Source of the DNA: Trichoplax adhaerens
Taxonomy: Eukaryota; Animalia; Placozoa
Direction of reading: 5' to 3'
Assembly: GCF_000150275.1 (NCBI RefSeq)
Contig: NW_002060944.1
Coordinates: 3,910,123 to 3,974,122 of the forward strand
Length of the DNA: 64,000 nucleotides
The translations under genes were made by a program, and so were the position numbers. Below are positions 13,227-27,600 of this stretch, in pieces. Within the stretch, counting starts at the first letter, position 1. Every line of letters begins with the position of its first letter. The notes beneath the pieces are model-generated. The model was not told where the DNA came from and did not search any database. It saw only the letters and a program-made list of their open reading frames with translations.

Positions 13227-15690
13227 AGATATAATTACACGACGACTAATAGCATCATAATTTTATCGGCTAAGATAACGAGGATTTTATAAACCTTCAT
13301 TCTCACAGTATAATTATTCTACTCCTAAAATTTATCCATTTCCGCGGTGAAACATAGTAATGCGAGAAATAAAAGTTTAAAACGATTTATATAAATTCTT
13401 ACATTTGACAGAAATCAATCAGAATATAATGTTCAAATAGCATAGGCAAATCACTCGTAATTCACTCCTAATTTGTATTGTTGTTGTATCGACGACTGCA
13501 TTGCACTGCTAATGTTTTGGCAGTCATAAATTAAATATTTGGATGTTAATATATTATACACTTTTATACTTACCATTTCTGTGTTATTGGATCTCATTTG
13601 ACCAATGATCGTTATGATATTTGCTGAACTTGTCCATGGACTATTTATTCGTTTAACCAAATTTGGTAATACTCTTTCAGAAATTATCCATTTCACTGTC
13701 AATAAAAAAGCTTAATAGATAATATATTGTTATGACTGACTGGTGTTATTTTAGTTTGTTCAGCGAATGAAATCATAAAAACTTCTTTAAACATAACAAT
13801 ATTGAAGTAAAACTCTAGCCTAGGTTATATTGCTAGCATTAGTAGTGCACAAGTAGAACAAATAGATAAAATAGATAAAATTTTAAAATTCAGTTGACCT
13901 CTCTCTATGTCCTCATAAAATAGGATACATCACATCAAGTTAGCATCTTCGGCAGCCTAAAAATGATTAGTATTGAAAATAATGATGATGATATTTTACC
14001 TTGTTGTTCGAGCGATGAATAAATGTTCGCTACTAAAATTACGAATCGCATAGATCATGATATTAAATCGCTTAAGAGAATTATTAATAAATTGTACGCA
14101 TTGTAATAATGTCGATGCCTTTTTTTGAAATGATCTATAAGCTGATCCAGGCTCTGTTCTAGAAATGTGCAACTTGGGAACTTATTAAATATGCGCTCTT
14201 TCTGTAATGCAATCATTTCCTGACGATACAATAATTTTAGTATGTAGTAAGGTGCAAAAGTTGCTCTACTTAAGTATAATTTTAGTTTAAGATGCTAATA
14301 TAAGAAGAATATCATAAATTCTTGTATTTATATAGTTTTATAACCTATTAGATGTAATTGTATGCTATTCAGGTTGCTGTACTATCACATAAGAACAAAA
14401 ATAACTGGATGTATTTATTATACAGGAGCATAAAGTCGAGAATCATGGATATTAATTTCGCCCTTAAATGAAATTGTAATCTATTTATTAATAGATTGTC
14501 AAATGTTAAATGACACAATAAAGACCCTTTGTCAGCAATATAATTCATTAATTAATTATATATAGATACGTACATTTATGCCCTATATGACGAAATGCTA
14601 AATTTACAAAAATATGGATGAAAATCCTGTTGAATATAAATTACAGTATGTGATTTCTCTAAAAGTGTGAAATCTGCAGTCGATAACTCACACTACGGCA
14701 AATTTAGCACACGCCCGAGTATAGCAAGGTGCAAAACATTCGATGCAAATACCCGCATAATCTTCATGCTATACAGAAATTTTAGCCAAATAAAGCATAC
14801 CCTTACCGCTGTCAGTACATGTTAATACTGTAAATTGCTAGATAGAGCTTATAGAGTTGCTGATAAAAGCTTTTGAAATTTTATACGTGATGAAATGCAT
14901 TCTTCAGTCTTTAATTCATAACATTGCAATCTAAGTAGATCATAAAGCGCAAATGAATCATCACATTATCATAACACCATATTATGATATCATTATTGGT
15001 AGCTCCCTTCAATTTGCCTTGGAAAAAAATTGCTTAAAGTTTTACCTTAACTCTAAATATTTCTCATCGATCAACTTGAATTAGGCAGACTATATAACAT
15101 GAAGAAATAAAAATAAACAAAACATCTACTCATCACTCCCTGTGGCGACTATTGGTCTTATTCAATTATAATTTTATTTCTACATCGACAAGTAGCCAAC
15201 AGCGATACTACGTATTAGTAAAGGTATATAAAACAACCCAACTATTGGATACAACGATCGTTCTTGTCAATCTTTCATGGTATTATCCATATATTAATGG
15301 CATCAAAATTCTTCAATACTGACTCATTTACATGATTGTGATCCATTTGAATAACTTATTAATAACAATAACAACTGTGTGAGGTTGAATTTTAATCCCT
15401 CCTAAACACCAAGTTGCAAGTATAGTCTTTCATTAAATATTCATTCTTTTCAAATTATGGAATTCAAAGATAGAAATAGTAGCAACGTGGGGCAATCAAG
15501 ATGCTCCTGCCTACTGCCCACTGTTGCTCTATCACAGAATAGACGTGTACAAGATATGCTGTCAATACAAAATAGTTGCATGTTATTTTTTGCAGAAGTT
15601 AACTTCAACGGTCATCATCTGAAATCAAGAAAACAAAATTACATGCTCTAATTTAAACTAACCGGCCATCAATTACATTTATGCTACAAA

Positions 15691-18600
15691 ATGATTTTGT
15701 TAGCCAGCATGGTTAGACTACTATTATTATTATTTGCAATATTACTCATGGTGATCCATGCAACTTCAACTACTACCCAAAGGAATTATTTAGTGGTATT
15801 ATTGACATCGGATGGTAGCTCTCACGATCTTCATTCCTTACCTACATCTTCTCCAGATTCTAGTCGACCATTTCGAGTTGCTTGGACAACCACTACTGGT
15901 AATTATATTAATAGTAATAGTACAAGCTAGATCAAAATATATTCTATTTTATGAAATGATATTGCTACGAAAATTCTCTATCTAATTTGACTTTCAATAC
16001 AATCAAATTATAATATTTTCGATCATTTCTACTCAATTAACTTAGCGATTGATTTTAAATCAAGTATTTTTACCTCTAGAGTATTCCCTTTCACATCTGT
16101 CTCTTTACTCCATTTATTTGATAGTTGAATCCGTACTATATATGTTAATATGACGATATTTCAATCGCAAAATAGCATTTAGCCAAGGTTAAATTGATAT
16201 CGTGAATAAATCGCGACGATAATAAATTTTAATAGCGTCTTTTTCACCATATTATTTCTGAGTTCTTTACTATCTCTCAAACTTTATGTCTAGATGTTAG
16301 AAACAATTACTCTATCTAATTCGAATTTAATCTAATGAAATTCTTATCATTTTTTGTCATTAGTATTTTCCCGAAAGAATATGTAGTATTACCAGTAAGT
16401 TTAATCTCGATAAATCAAGATCTTCATGCTGAGAAAGAATAATTTCGAAATCAGATTAGGAATGTTACCATATTCAGAGAGTCTTCGTTAATTTAATTGC
16501 CTATTGAATACAGAATTTTTCATATTTGTAGAAATTGAGTTATCATCAGAGACTAAATTAAAAGTCACGATTGTGGTTTCAGAAACTTTCGTCAACGATG
16601 CAACTTTGATATTATTTTTTGTTGTCTATCAGTTGTACTAGTTTCTTATACTGCAACGTAAATAATTGACCATCTTAGACTCTACACTTCTTTATACTTG
16701 CTTCGTTACTTATAGATTAATCATAAATTAAACTAAAATTTCAACTATACTAAACTTACTCTTCATGATCGAATCAGAATGCTTCAGATGGAGGAGTCCC
16801 ATACCTCCTTAAAATTAGTAGTTTTTCTTTTAGATTCAAAAGATGTATTTGTTACTTGATGATTTGAAAAGGAATTATATTTAACGATAAGTAGGAATCA
16901 GATTGAAGGAGTTCATCTAGATATTACTGAGCTAGTATGATAGACTATTTCCTCTACAAATAGCTCCCTCCAATCTCTATAATAAATTTATCAATTCAAT
17001 TTGTATCTCAATTATCTTATAACTATTGATTGGCAGGATTTAATGGCAAAACATAGACGAAGATGTTGATAAACTAATCAATCCGCTAGACAGCTTTACT
17101 TATAATTGTTAGTTTCCTTGCGAATCTACAAATTTATTTGTCAGTCTAGCTTATGCCTTGGTTATTATTCTGTTTATTAGCGTATAAAATTTAGATATGA
17201 AGGACAAGTTAGTAAGGCATTTAAGAATACATACTGTAGGCATTTCATTTTTAACTATAAGTCTCCGTACAAATTTCGCAAAATGTATTTGCCGATTCAG
17301 TTTATGGTTTAGATACTATTTCATCAATTGATAAAATTTAGATGAGAATTCATGTGTTCAACTACTACACAACTTGTCAATACATCTTGTGCTTATTAAT
17401 GGATAAGATTAAAATGAGAATACCTAGCATAGATTTTGACAAACCATCGTTCCTCCAGATTTTTTTCTTAATCAGTAATTTCTTGGTAACTCTATACAGT
17501 ACAGCATATTTATAAATTCAACTTGTAAATCAATAATTGTGTCAATCAGTTGATAGGATTTCAATCTGAAGATATTTAATGTAAATATTAGCATTTAGGA
17601 CTTTGACTATTAGAAATAATAGATCTTACTGCTTCTTTTGTATGGATAGGTCTATCATCTATAAAGTATATTGATCAATCTACCTTCGATGGAGTGGCAA
17701 ACCAACTATTTGCTCCGACACCAAGTCAAACCAAGTCATTTCCGTGCTTGAATGTAACTACAGTCTTGGCTACATTAACTCAAGTTTGGACGAATAATAC
17801 TATAGATTCCAGTCTATTCATACTAATTGATAGAAGATTATCATTTTGCATCAGTAATAATTCATTAAATAACCAATGGCAATCCCCACAACAAGAAGAG
17901 TTAATGGATGACATAATGCTCCATTTTAAATCATCATTTAATCTCATAACTTCACCAGATATAACTATTCCAACATCGATTCGTCGATTATCAACATCAA
18001 CAGGTGGCTACCACTATCGTATTCAGCCAAACATTGCCACTAAAGTTAGCCAAATTATCGTCGTTCATCATCAGACTCCTTACAAGTGGTTTGAACATAA
18101 ATTTAATGATGCATCTACCATTACCCTGAATTTATATAATAAAGTTATTAAAAATGTTGTTATGATCTCAAATAATCGCATATTCGCTAGTCCCTCACCA
18201 ACTAGAAGTATTGAAATAACATCGCGACAATTTATGTATACTTTTGACAATCCGTCGACTCCGGTAATCAGCTTTTTAGTACTAAATATTGATGGCATAA
18301 AGCCCAATGTTTACGCAGCGGTTGATCAACCTGCTATCCGCAACTTAAAATTCTATCCTTATATCAAATCAACTAGAAAATCACCATTGTTACTGCACAA
18401 TCCAATTGATGGTAAGTTAGAGTTAGTTTGTTAAGAATAGAATATCAGGATTATGGGATTTCAGAAAGCTCCTTTAAATGTTATCATATAAAAAATTAGT
18501 ATTTTGTAATATGATCAATAATTCAGTAGTATGTATTTATATTATAGATAATTAAAAATAGAAATTGCTACACCTTTAGCTGCAACTGTCACTTAGACTT

Positions 18601-21600
18601 GCATCTATGCGTACTAAGGATAATTCTACAGTAGAATATCTTTCAGGACAGATCAGTAATTATGATACACTTCTCATTTCATATTTTGTAAGGTATATAA
18701 CGTTACAATTGTTTCTGGATTAAGTACAGAATTTTAAAACTACCACGCAAACGGATATATGTTTAATTTATATAACCCAAGATGTCAATAGGTGTCAGTT
18801 TTATTTCGTTTAATGTTTTTATTTGTTCCTGTATGATCTATTGCATGTTTATACTTGTGCATTAACAATTGCATAATAATTTATTTGCGAGTTACAGTAT
18901 TCGTTCCTGTCCATCTGATATGACGTCCTTAATTGTTATTATAAGCTTGCGTTTAATAGCAGATTAAAATCGAAATAATTCAGACACTCATATGTGAATT
19001 CTTACTTCTAAGTTTCACAATGAGTACGTTAGCTATATGCATATATTTATTTTTTATTTATTGCATTGTATCACATATTGATATTATAAGCGCTAATTAC
19101 TATATTTACGTTAAAAGTTGCAAAATCTATACGCAATCTTTCGATAATTATTTACTAAATTACAATTGCAATAGTTGATACCAGTAATAGATTTGTAATC
19201 TCTTTAAATAATCATCAAATTAAGATAACATATAGATAAATTCTATTTCAATTATAAGAAATTTACCTATTTCTACACCTAGGTCTACCAAACTACATCC
19301 AATTCACAGCTCCACTTCAACTTCAATTTAAAACGTTAGATCTCGTTGATTCCGTTAATAAACGGGTGCTAGTTCATATTCCATCTAGTAAAGTAACCAA
19401 AGAAGATCAGAATCAAGAAGTGAACTACAAAGCTGGGCCAGTTTTAATACCAAATCAATATTTTACTATTAAGCTACGAGCCACTAACGCCCTGGGCTCA
19501 ATCTATATGCCGACGAATAAGCGTAAGTATTGTACAGGAATACACATTAATAATTTTCTCTTGAGGTAATCTGGCATTTACTTCAAGTATGTTAGCTCAA
19601 CGCCACAAATATAGAAGCAAACTACCTGTTACAATATTTTAACAATTCTATAAATCTCCAAGCTAGCTAACAAGTTCAAAGCTGGTAAACTAAAATTACT
19701 AGGCACCCTTAAATAGAAATATTTATTATTTCAGATCTACTTTACTTTCGTATTATTCTCATACCTTATTGTTAGCTACATTTAGCGTCAGTATTTCAAA
19801 ATACTAGTCGATAAAAACAAAAATCTAGCAATACTTCAGAAAAACTTACTCTTCTAGACAGCTAGAAGATTAAAAGCTAATAAACTAATGTTGTTAGACA
19901 ATTTCATATACAATAGCTCCTGATATTTTCTAAATATTTACTTTATTTCTATTTCATTATCGACGCGTTAAGATTAAAATATATTAGTTGATAACCCAAT
20001 TTAATACATAGTGCAGTCCAGTAGATAGAGAATCCGTACAACATTGCAATTCTTAATTTAAGCAATATTACGACGTAATGTACAGCAGTAGCGCTTCATA
20101 TCTTACGATGCTATGCATATATAAGGCAAATTCAAATGACATATATAACTCCCTTTAGATAACTACATGATGATCTAGAAACATATCGCGCTCTATCTGA
20201 TGCTGAATAACATCAAATTAAAATATAAAGTGTCGCTTATCTCTCTTACAGCAATTCAAAATCGTCTTATAGTCACGCAACAAAACCGATCAGCATATAT
20301 TCCTTGCAATCCCAGCTTGTTTGCTAGATTGCGTTTCCCCAAAATACAATTTCAGAAACAATGGTTAAGTAACGTCAAAGATGGCTTAGTTACTCCAGAA
20401 TCGAGTAGAAATAAAGATCTTTTATATTTTAAGCAAGTTAATAGCTTGAATGAAGGAATTTATACTTGCACCATCTCCAATCGAAACGATACCATTGAAT
20501 ATCATCCATACTACCTGATTGCGGCGGGTAATGTTATGATATAAATAAGTATTCTTATGCTAGGGCTGCATTATCACTAAGTATACATATCAGAGTTGAA
20601 CATTAATTAAGACTAGATTTTCCTTCATATTATTTACAGATAAATTCACTAGAAATCGAAGAACAGTCGAAAAAGGAGAGTATGTCGAAATTCGTTGCTC
20701 ATCAAAGCAAGGCTTTGCCATTTTACTCCATAATAATAAAATTATTTGGACCAAGTCGAGTATAAGCCATCAAGGCATTATAGGCCGTAACTTAACTATT
20801 GGAATTCAAATCACCGAGAGTTCTAATGATATTTATACTTGTCGAACCATAAAACAGCAAAGCTTTGAGGAAGATACCACGCGTATTTTGTCAACAGGTA
20901 AGGATCTATCATCGAGATTTAAATTTAACTTTATTCCGCGTTTGAATAAGTATTAACTCGTACAGCCAGGATGGAAATAAATGATCAAATAAGGATTTCC
21001 TAGTCTATTATTGTATATCGTCGAATATAAATTGAAAATTGTTACTATTACGTCAATTTAGCCAGACATGTTTCTTGCCAGTCCTTTGTTGACATTCAAT
21101 TCCAACCCGTGTTCCTTATTTACCTTAACGGATCGCGATTATCCCTCATTTCAGCTGACTTTTTAATTTTTATTTTTGATTCTGTAGTGTAATAGATTTT
21201 TATTTCTTAAGTTTATACTTATCAATAGTGATTATTAATTATCAGCCAACCTAGTCAATATTTTATTTCATCTCTTAATTTCGTCTTTTCAAATCGATTT
21301 AATAGAAACTAATGCTTGTTTTACGGGTATTACGACTATCGGCCAATCTAGCCAATATTTCATTCATCGATTTCGTCCGTAGGATGGGATTCAATCGAAA
21401 CTTACGCTTATTCTATTACGATTATCTACCAACCTAGTCAATATATCATTTCATTTCTTGATTTCGTCCATTAGACACGATTTAATCGAAATTTACACCT
21501 ATTCTATTACGATTGTTGGAGCTAAGATCTAATTTCGATTCCAATTTTTTTATTAATCTTGAGTTTAATCGATGTTATATTCATTAAATTTACGATTGCT

Positions 21601-24600
21601 CTACTGCAGTTACTGCCAGCGTTATGTTTTAGTAATGAGTTCACTCCATGAGTAAGATTTGCAACTCTTATTTATTGTTAATGATTGTTATTTATGGCTA
21701 CATCAGGTTACACCTCGATACGACCACAATTTATACTTCGCACTACAATTAGTAAATTATCAGTTCGCCTTTTACAATGTAATCACCTACAGTATTACAA
21801 GTACTACCATACAATTATCATATAAGTACATAGTATAGTGTTTAATTCTATTAACGTATTTATGCGCGACATATATCGTAGCTAATCTATAACTATCCAT
21901 ATATATTGCATAGTGAATCTAACGGATTGTATAACAGCCAGTCTTAATCAACTTCCAATTTAAAATTTTTTCCCAACGAATAGGTACTCTTACGCCGCGA
22001 ATTAACGCCTATCCTGATGTGATCACTGCCTATTTTGGTGAAGATACATTTCTATTTTGTAATTCAACACTACCAGTTCGAGTTTGGCGTATTTATGTCG
22101 ATGGCCAATTTCTTAAAGTAACCAAGACAGCTGATGTTATGCTGCTCATTTCAGCAGCTCAGTTGGCTAATTTAACCCATTATACTTGTGAAGCGGAATA
22201 TCCTTCAGGAAATATATTAAGGCTAGACGTTCCTTTGGTTATTTTAGGTCAGTGTGAAAGTAAATCCATTATAGAAATGCTGCCAAAATTGTCAGATGAA
22301 AAAAGATTTTAATAGATCAAAACCTGAATAACTAAGATAAATTTACTATTGCTAATAAATAATGTTACTTTCTATTAGTAGTCATCTTAACAATTTCCGT
22401 ATATTATCTATACTAACAATTAAATTCCGAATACTATTACAGATGGCGAATGGACTTTATGGTCACCTTGGTCGAGTTGTAGTAAAACTTGTGGGCAAAG
22501 CTTTAAAAAACGTCGCCGACATTGTCTCTTATCTAACGGTTTACTCTCGAATGAACTGTCAACTAAAAAACCTTGCAAAGGCGACGATATCTCCACCGAA
22601 GTTTGTACTTATCGTGGATGTGATCCTAGCAGTAAGAATCTTTTCTTATATCTAGTACACATATAATTATTAAATTAATATTTACACCATGTTTTCCTGA
22701 CTTATAAAGAATGCTTTTACGATCGAAATTATCGTATGACATTTTAGATTTGCGTCTATTTTTTCTTAATTTTTCTTACTAATTCTAATACAAATGGAAG
22801 TGAACAGCTCTTTTGAGCTAGAAATTGTTATGCTGCATAACATGTAAATATTTCATTTACTTTGCATAATCGATTTTAACCACACAATCATCACTGATAA
22901 TTGAAAGGCAGAACAGGTTTAGCTAATATAATGATCATGAAGCTTACATAAAGATATCTTATTTCCTAGCCATATTCATTTAAATCCACTCTTCGATATT
23001 TATGTTAAGATTTCGTAATTTTATTTTGAATTTTCTTCTTCTATTAAATTTATTTTAACTGTATTGATGATGTCTACGACTGTTCATAGTTCAATTTCAA
23101 GTGAAATCGATTCCTATTTAGTGAATTCTACCTACAATTTTATGACTGGAAGCTTTCTTTCAAATGTTATCCAACCTTTTAAAATTATTTTACTGTTTTT
23201 CTATCTAGATCAACAGCTCGTTCCATCATCGGTTATAACAGGAAACATCGAAGCCATTGTTGACAAAAAGCGTACCAATATCTCAGTTAATATTGTTGCT
23301 GTAGAAAAGGAAGATTTTACGTTATTTACTATTGTAACAAGCAAAGTACCTTTACAATTCCTCAAGCATTTTTTGGTTATTCTACCTTCGCTGTCTAGCG
23401 TTAATTGGGTTTATGGTAAAAGTTTAAATAGTGCAGTTAGCAGACAAGAATTCAAAGGCAGAAAATTTCGTCGAAAGGTAAATAAATATGATTGGATAAG
23501 AAATATTTAATAGCGTTTTGATGAATATAAAATTATATCCATATATGTTAGTGTTAGAAATTATCTGAAAAGTATATTCATCATATTTAGAGAAAGTGCT
23601 TATTCAAAGGCTAAATAATTCTAGGCTTAGCTTTATATTCCTCAGTTTCCGTTTCATAATGATACCAATACTGCTTAGAAATAGATCAATAAGCTAAATC
23701 TCTGTTATTTATTCCAATTCATCAAGATGTCTATTTATTATAAAGATGGTTTTTTTACTTCGACTGTGATCAATATTGCTGGCTCACCTATGGTATTCGA
23801 AGCCAGTCTTGATGGTTTTATTAATAATGATCAAAGTTATGATCTAGTACGAGCTCGAAGAGTTCGCGAATGTTTCATCCGCTCAAATCTTAAAACATTA
23901 TCTTGGTATTTAGCAGACAATTGCTCTGATCGTAAGTATATAGGCTTATCAGGATAGCTATAGCCATAGATATAAGGGATCATAATACGGCATCAGATTG
24001 CACTATATTAATATTGATTATTGCAGTAAGCAGTAAGATATGAATATTGCGTAAAAATATTGTTACAAGACCGTTACCAACTAACCTACTCATATAAGTT
24101 AATTAATCGAATCGAAATTAGACCGGTGGCTGTAAACTTTAAGTTAACCTAGTAATTATGATTCACGACTTTTGCTCAAGAATGTTCCATGCAAAGTTAT
24201 TTTTTAACAAAGAAGTCAGCATGAAGCATGTTAGATAGGAAAGTGATCTGGTAATAATAGTGGATGAAATTTAAAAAATCATGAAGATAATTCTATGAAA
24301 TGAAGTAAACAAAGTATTAGATCCGCCGAGTAGAGTAGTGCTACCCGATATCTAGCATCAATAATAATAACCTTATAAGCGTCGATAACATAATTGGTAT
24401 AGCATGAAAATTATTTTACAAATTAAGCATACGTCTCTCTCGTGGGATAGTTCTAGTTTATATCGTAAATAATAGCCCATGACTTTTGAGTAAAGAGAGT
24501 TATACCTAATATGAAATCGTTTTACGAATAACGATAACATTAGAAATACTGGATATGATACCCGTCATGTAAGTAGTAACTAAGTTCCACTAAGCATGAA

Positions 24601-27600
24601 GGATTGATTCTTATACAGGATATGTCGTTCACAAAAGATGACGGTGTTAAAAGTGATAGATGGGAGGCCCGGTGGTCCATAGCCATCTTGTAAATAGTAT
24701 TCAACGACGTTTGATGAACGAGAGTTGGCATCATAAAACACGAAATAGCAATATTTAATAACTTATAGAATAGTGACATCTTCCTTTGCAGCTTTACTAA
24801 AGGTTAACCCAGCTTTTGCTTTTCAAAACTAGCATCATCCGGGTTCCGAGATGAAGCTTCCTTTACTGGCTTTGGGAGTATTGATTATGATTTTCATCAA
24901 GAACCTGCTACGTTCCTTTTCGAAGTTGGACAGTACGATATATTAAATTGGAAGGATGTTAACGACAGCTTAATTATAGAAATTTCTGGATTTATAGCTA
25001 AATGTAATCAATAACCTTAAAAAAATCGTGTTATAATTAATATTATATTTCGATTTATGAATTTAACACTCGGGCAACGAGTTGATAATAAATTCAATTT
25101 TATGTCCTAATACATAGACATCAATCAACAATGTCCTAAAGGATTTGTCGAAAGATATCCATTCTGTCAAGGTAACTTGCTGCTGACCGTAGCTAACCAA
25201 TAAGTTAACAGTTTATTATACCTTACCTATACTTGTATTCAGGTAGTAAACATTGAAATATTCATTTAAAATAGGAATTAGTTATCGCATCTAATTATTC
25301 AGCCTACTTATGATTCATGCGATCATAGCTAATATCTATGCTTAAAAAATTGAATTATGGCATTTTGTGATTTAGATATTGATGAATGTAGCATCTATCG
25401 TGGAGGAAAATGTTCGCATATCTGCCACAATACCGTAGGAAGCTATTACTGTAGTTGTCCCTCAGGCTTCGCTATGAATTCAGATAGAATATCTTGTCGA
25501 GGTAGGTGTACAGGGGTGTAAAAGTGAGGATTTCCAATCCATACTTGTTGTACTAATTACCAACAGCTAATTTACCGTACTTCAAACTTTAACTCTTGTG
25601 GCTTAGTAAACATTTAAGAAATTAGGTTTATGTTTTATATTTCCTATTCTTAATCAGTTAAGGTAAATTTCAGGTGCAGGGCTTTACAGTAATCAACTAT
25701 CGGGGTGACCATAACTTATATAGCTTAAATCGTTGACAAGCTTTCTGTTCGATAAATTACGTTGTCTTTTGTAAGTTGTCCTCAGCGAATTCAGTTCCAA
25801 ACTGGTTGGAACTACCTAACATTGAGCTTGTGAAATGATAGGCCATTTCTGATTGTGACGCGGTTTAATTTTTTTCTTTAATAAGTCTGTTACTGTATGA
25901 TATATTTAGTAACTTCAAAGCCGAACTTAAGCACACTCTTCTATCTAGCACTTTTCATCTGAAACTTGCTGATTTGTTTTCGGTATCATTTAGCTATTAA
26001 ACTAAATATACACATACTACAGATTGAGACCTCTATATCACGGCCTGTGGAAAGAATAAATGCGATCCTTTATGCAATACTCTAATTAATTAGTTGGCCT
26101 TACAGATTTTCGCAATAGCATTGCATCAGGTTATTTCGATCTGATAGTATTGATTTATATAAATAACTATATATAACCATGAACCAGCATGCATGGGAAT
26201 GCAAGGTATTGGCGTTTCTGCAAGGGTTTTTACACTGTATGTACTGGTACATTCCAATAAATAAATGAAAGCACGCGCAGAGAGAAGGCAACATCATACA
26301 GCTACCATACCCAATTTCCCTCTCTGTATATATCATTCTCACCAGAAATACCCATACATTGTCCGAATTCCATAGCCTACCCGTAACATGCATATTCGAA
26401 TTATATAGATACCAATTAGATGAATTTTATTTTACAGTAGTACAAGTATGTATAATTTTTTCAAGTAGTCCCTACAGTAGGGCAGTAGGGTAGTAAGGTA
26501 TTATATCTCGAGTTCTAACTCATATTTATTCGAAACACGACTGTACAGCATTCATGAATTATCTAGTAAACCTGATAAAAACTTTCGAGTAGGACAAGGA
26601 CTACGAGAAATTACACCTGGATATATCATTCTAACTCGAGAATATTCCATAATCCTATTTGATGAGCTATTGATCGTATTTCTCACTAAAACTACAACGA
26701 TAATTATAATTATGGATAAACACACGTACCGTATACGGAAACTGTGCTGCTTCTCTTCTTATGATATATATATATATATATTATAGAAGATCTATTTAGG
26801 ACTCTTTCTCCATTTTTAGACCTTGATGAATGTCTTATGAATCAGTCAATATGCTCAATTGATTATCGATGTGTTAATACGCCTGGTAGTTATAACTGTA
26901 TCGCAAAATGTCAACAGGGTTATCGATTTAACGCCGAAGAAAGGAGATGCCAAGGTATTGAATTGACTTGTCGATATCTACCAATGGTTGTTGTTATGAG
27001 TATAAGCAGATACAAAATATCCTCGATAGTTAATAAAAATGTGATCAACATTTCAGTACGACTATTTTAAAATCGAAATTATATTACCGGTATTTCTTTT
27101 CTTGATTAAAGATATTAATGAGTGCTTGTCCAGCCCATGTGGTGAAAATCAAGATTGTATTAACACAAGAGGCAGTTATGAATGTTTATGTCGGCCAGGG
27201 TATATTGAGAATGGTCGTCATTGCATCGGTGAAATTAACTTGTTTGAAAATAAAATTTAAATATATATTGTTCAATAAACTTTTACATTAATTACATTAA
27301 ATATTAAATACTATAAAAATACATTTATTCTTTCAACTTACATACAGATCTAGACGAATGCTCTTTAAATCCGCCACGATGCAAGTATTTATGTATCAAC
27401 TTGCCAGGAAGTTATCGATGTGCATGCAAACCCGGATATCAACCAATACCTCAAGATCCAGATGATTGTTGGGGTTGGCATCTATATCTTTTTATTAGTA
27501 GTAAGCTTCAACGATACGGTGGAATTAATGCAAGAAATAATTCTTTTAACAGATGTAAACGAATGTGAGCAAAAGCCGTCTCCATGTTCTGGAAAATGTT

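Noticed and set aside
18693-18791. Possible extra exon of the hemicentin-like gene
   Set aside because: All three frames contain stops, and the flanking exons already join in phase.
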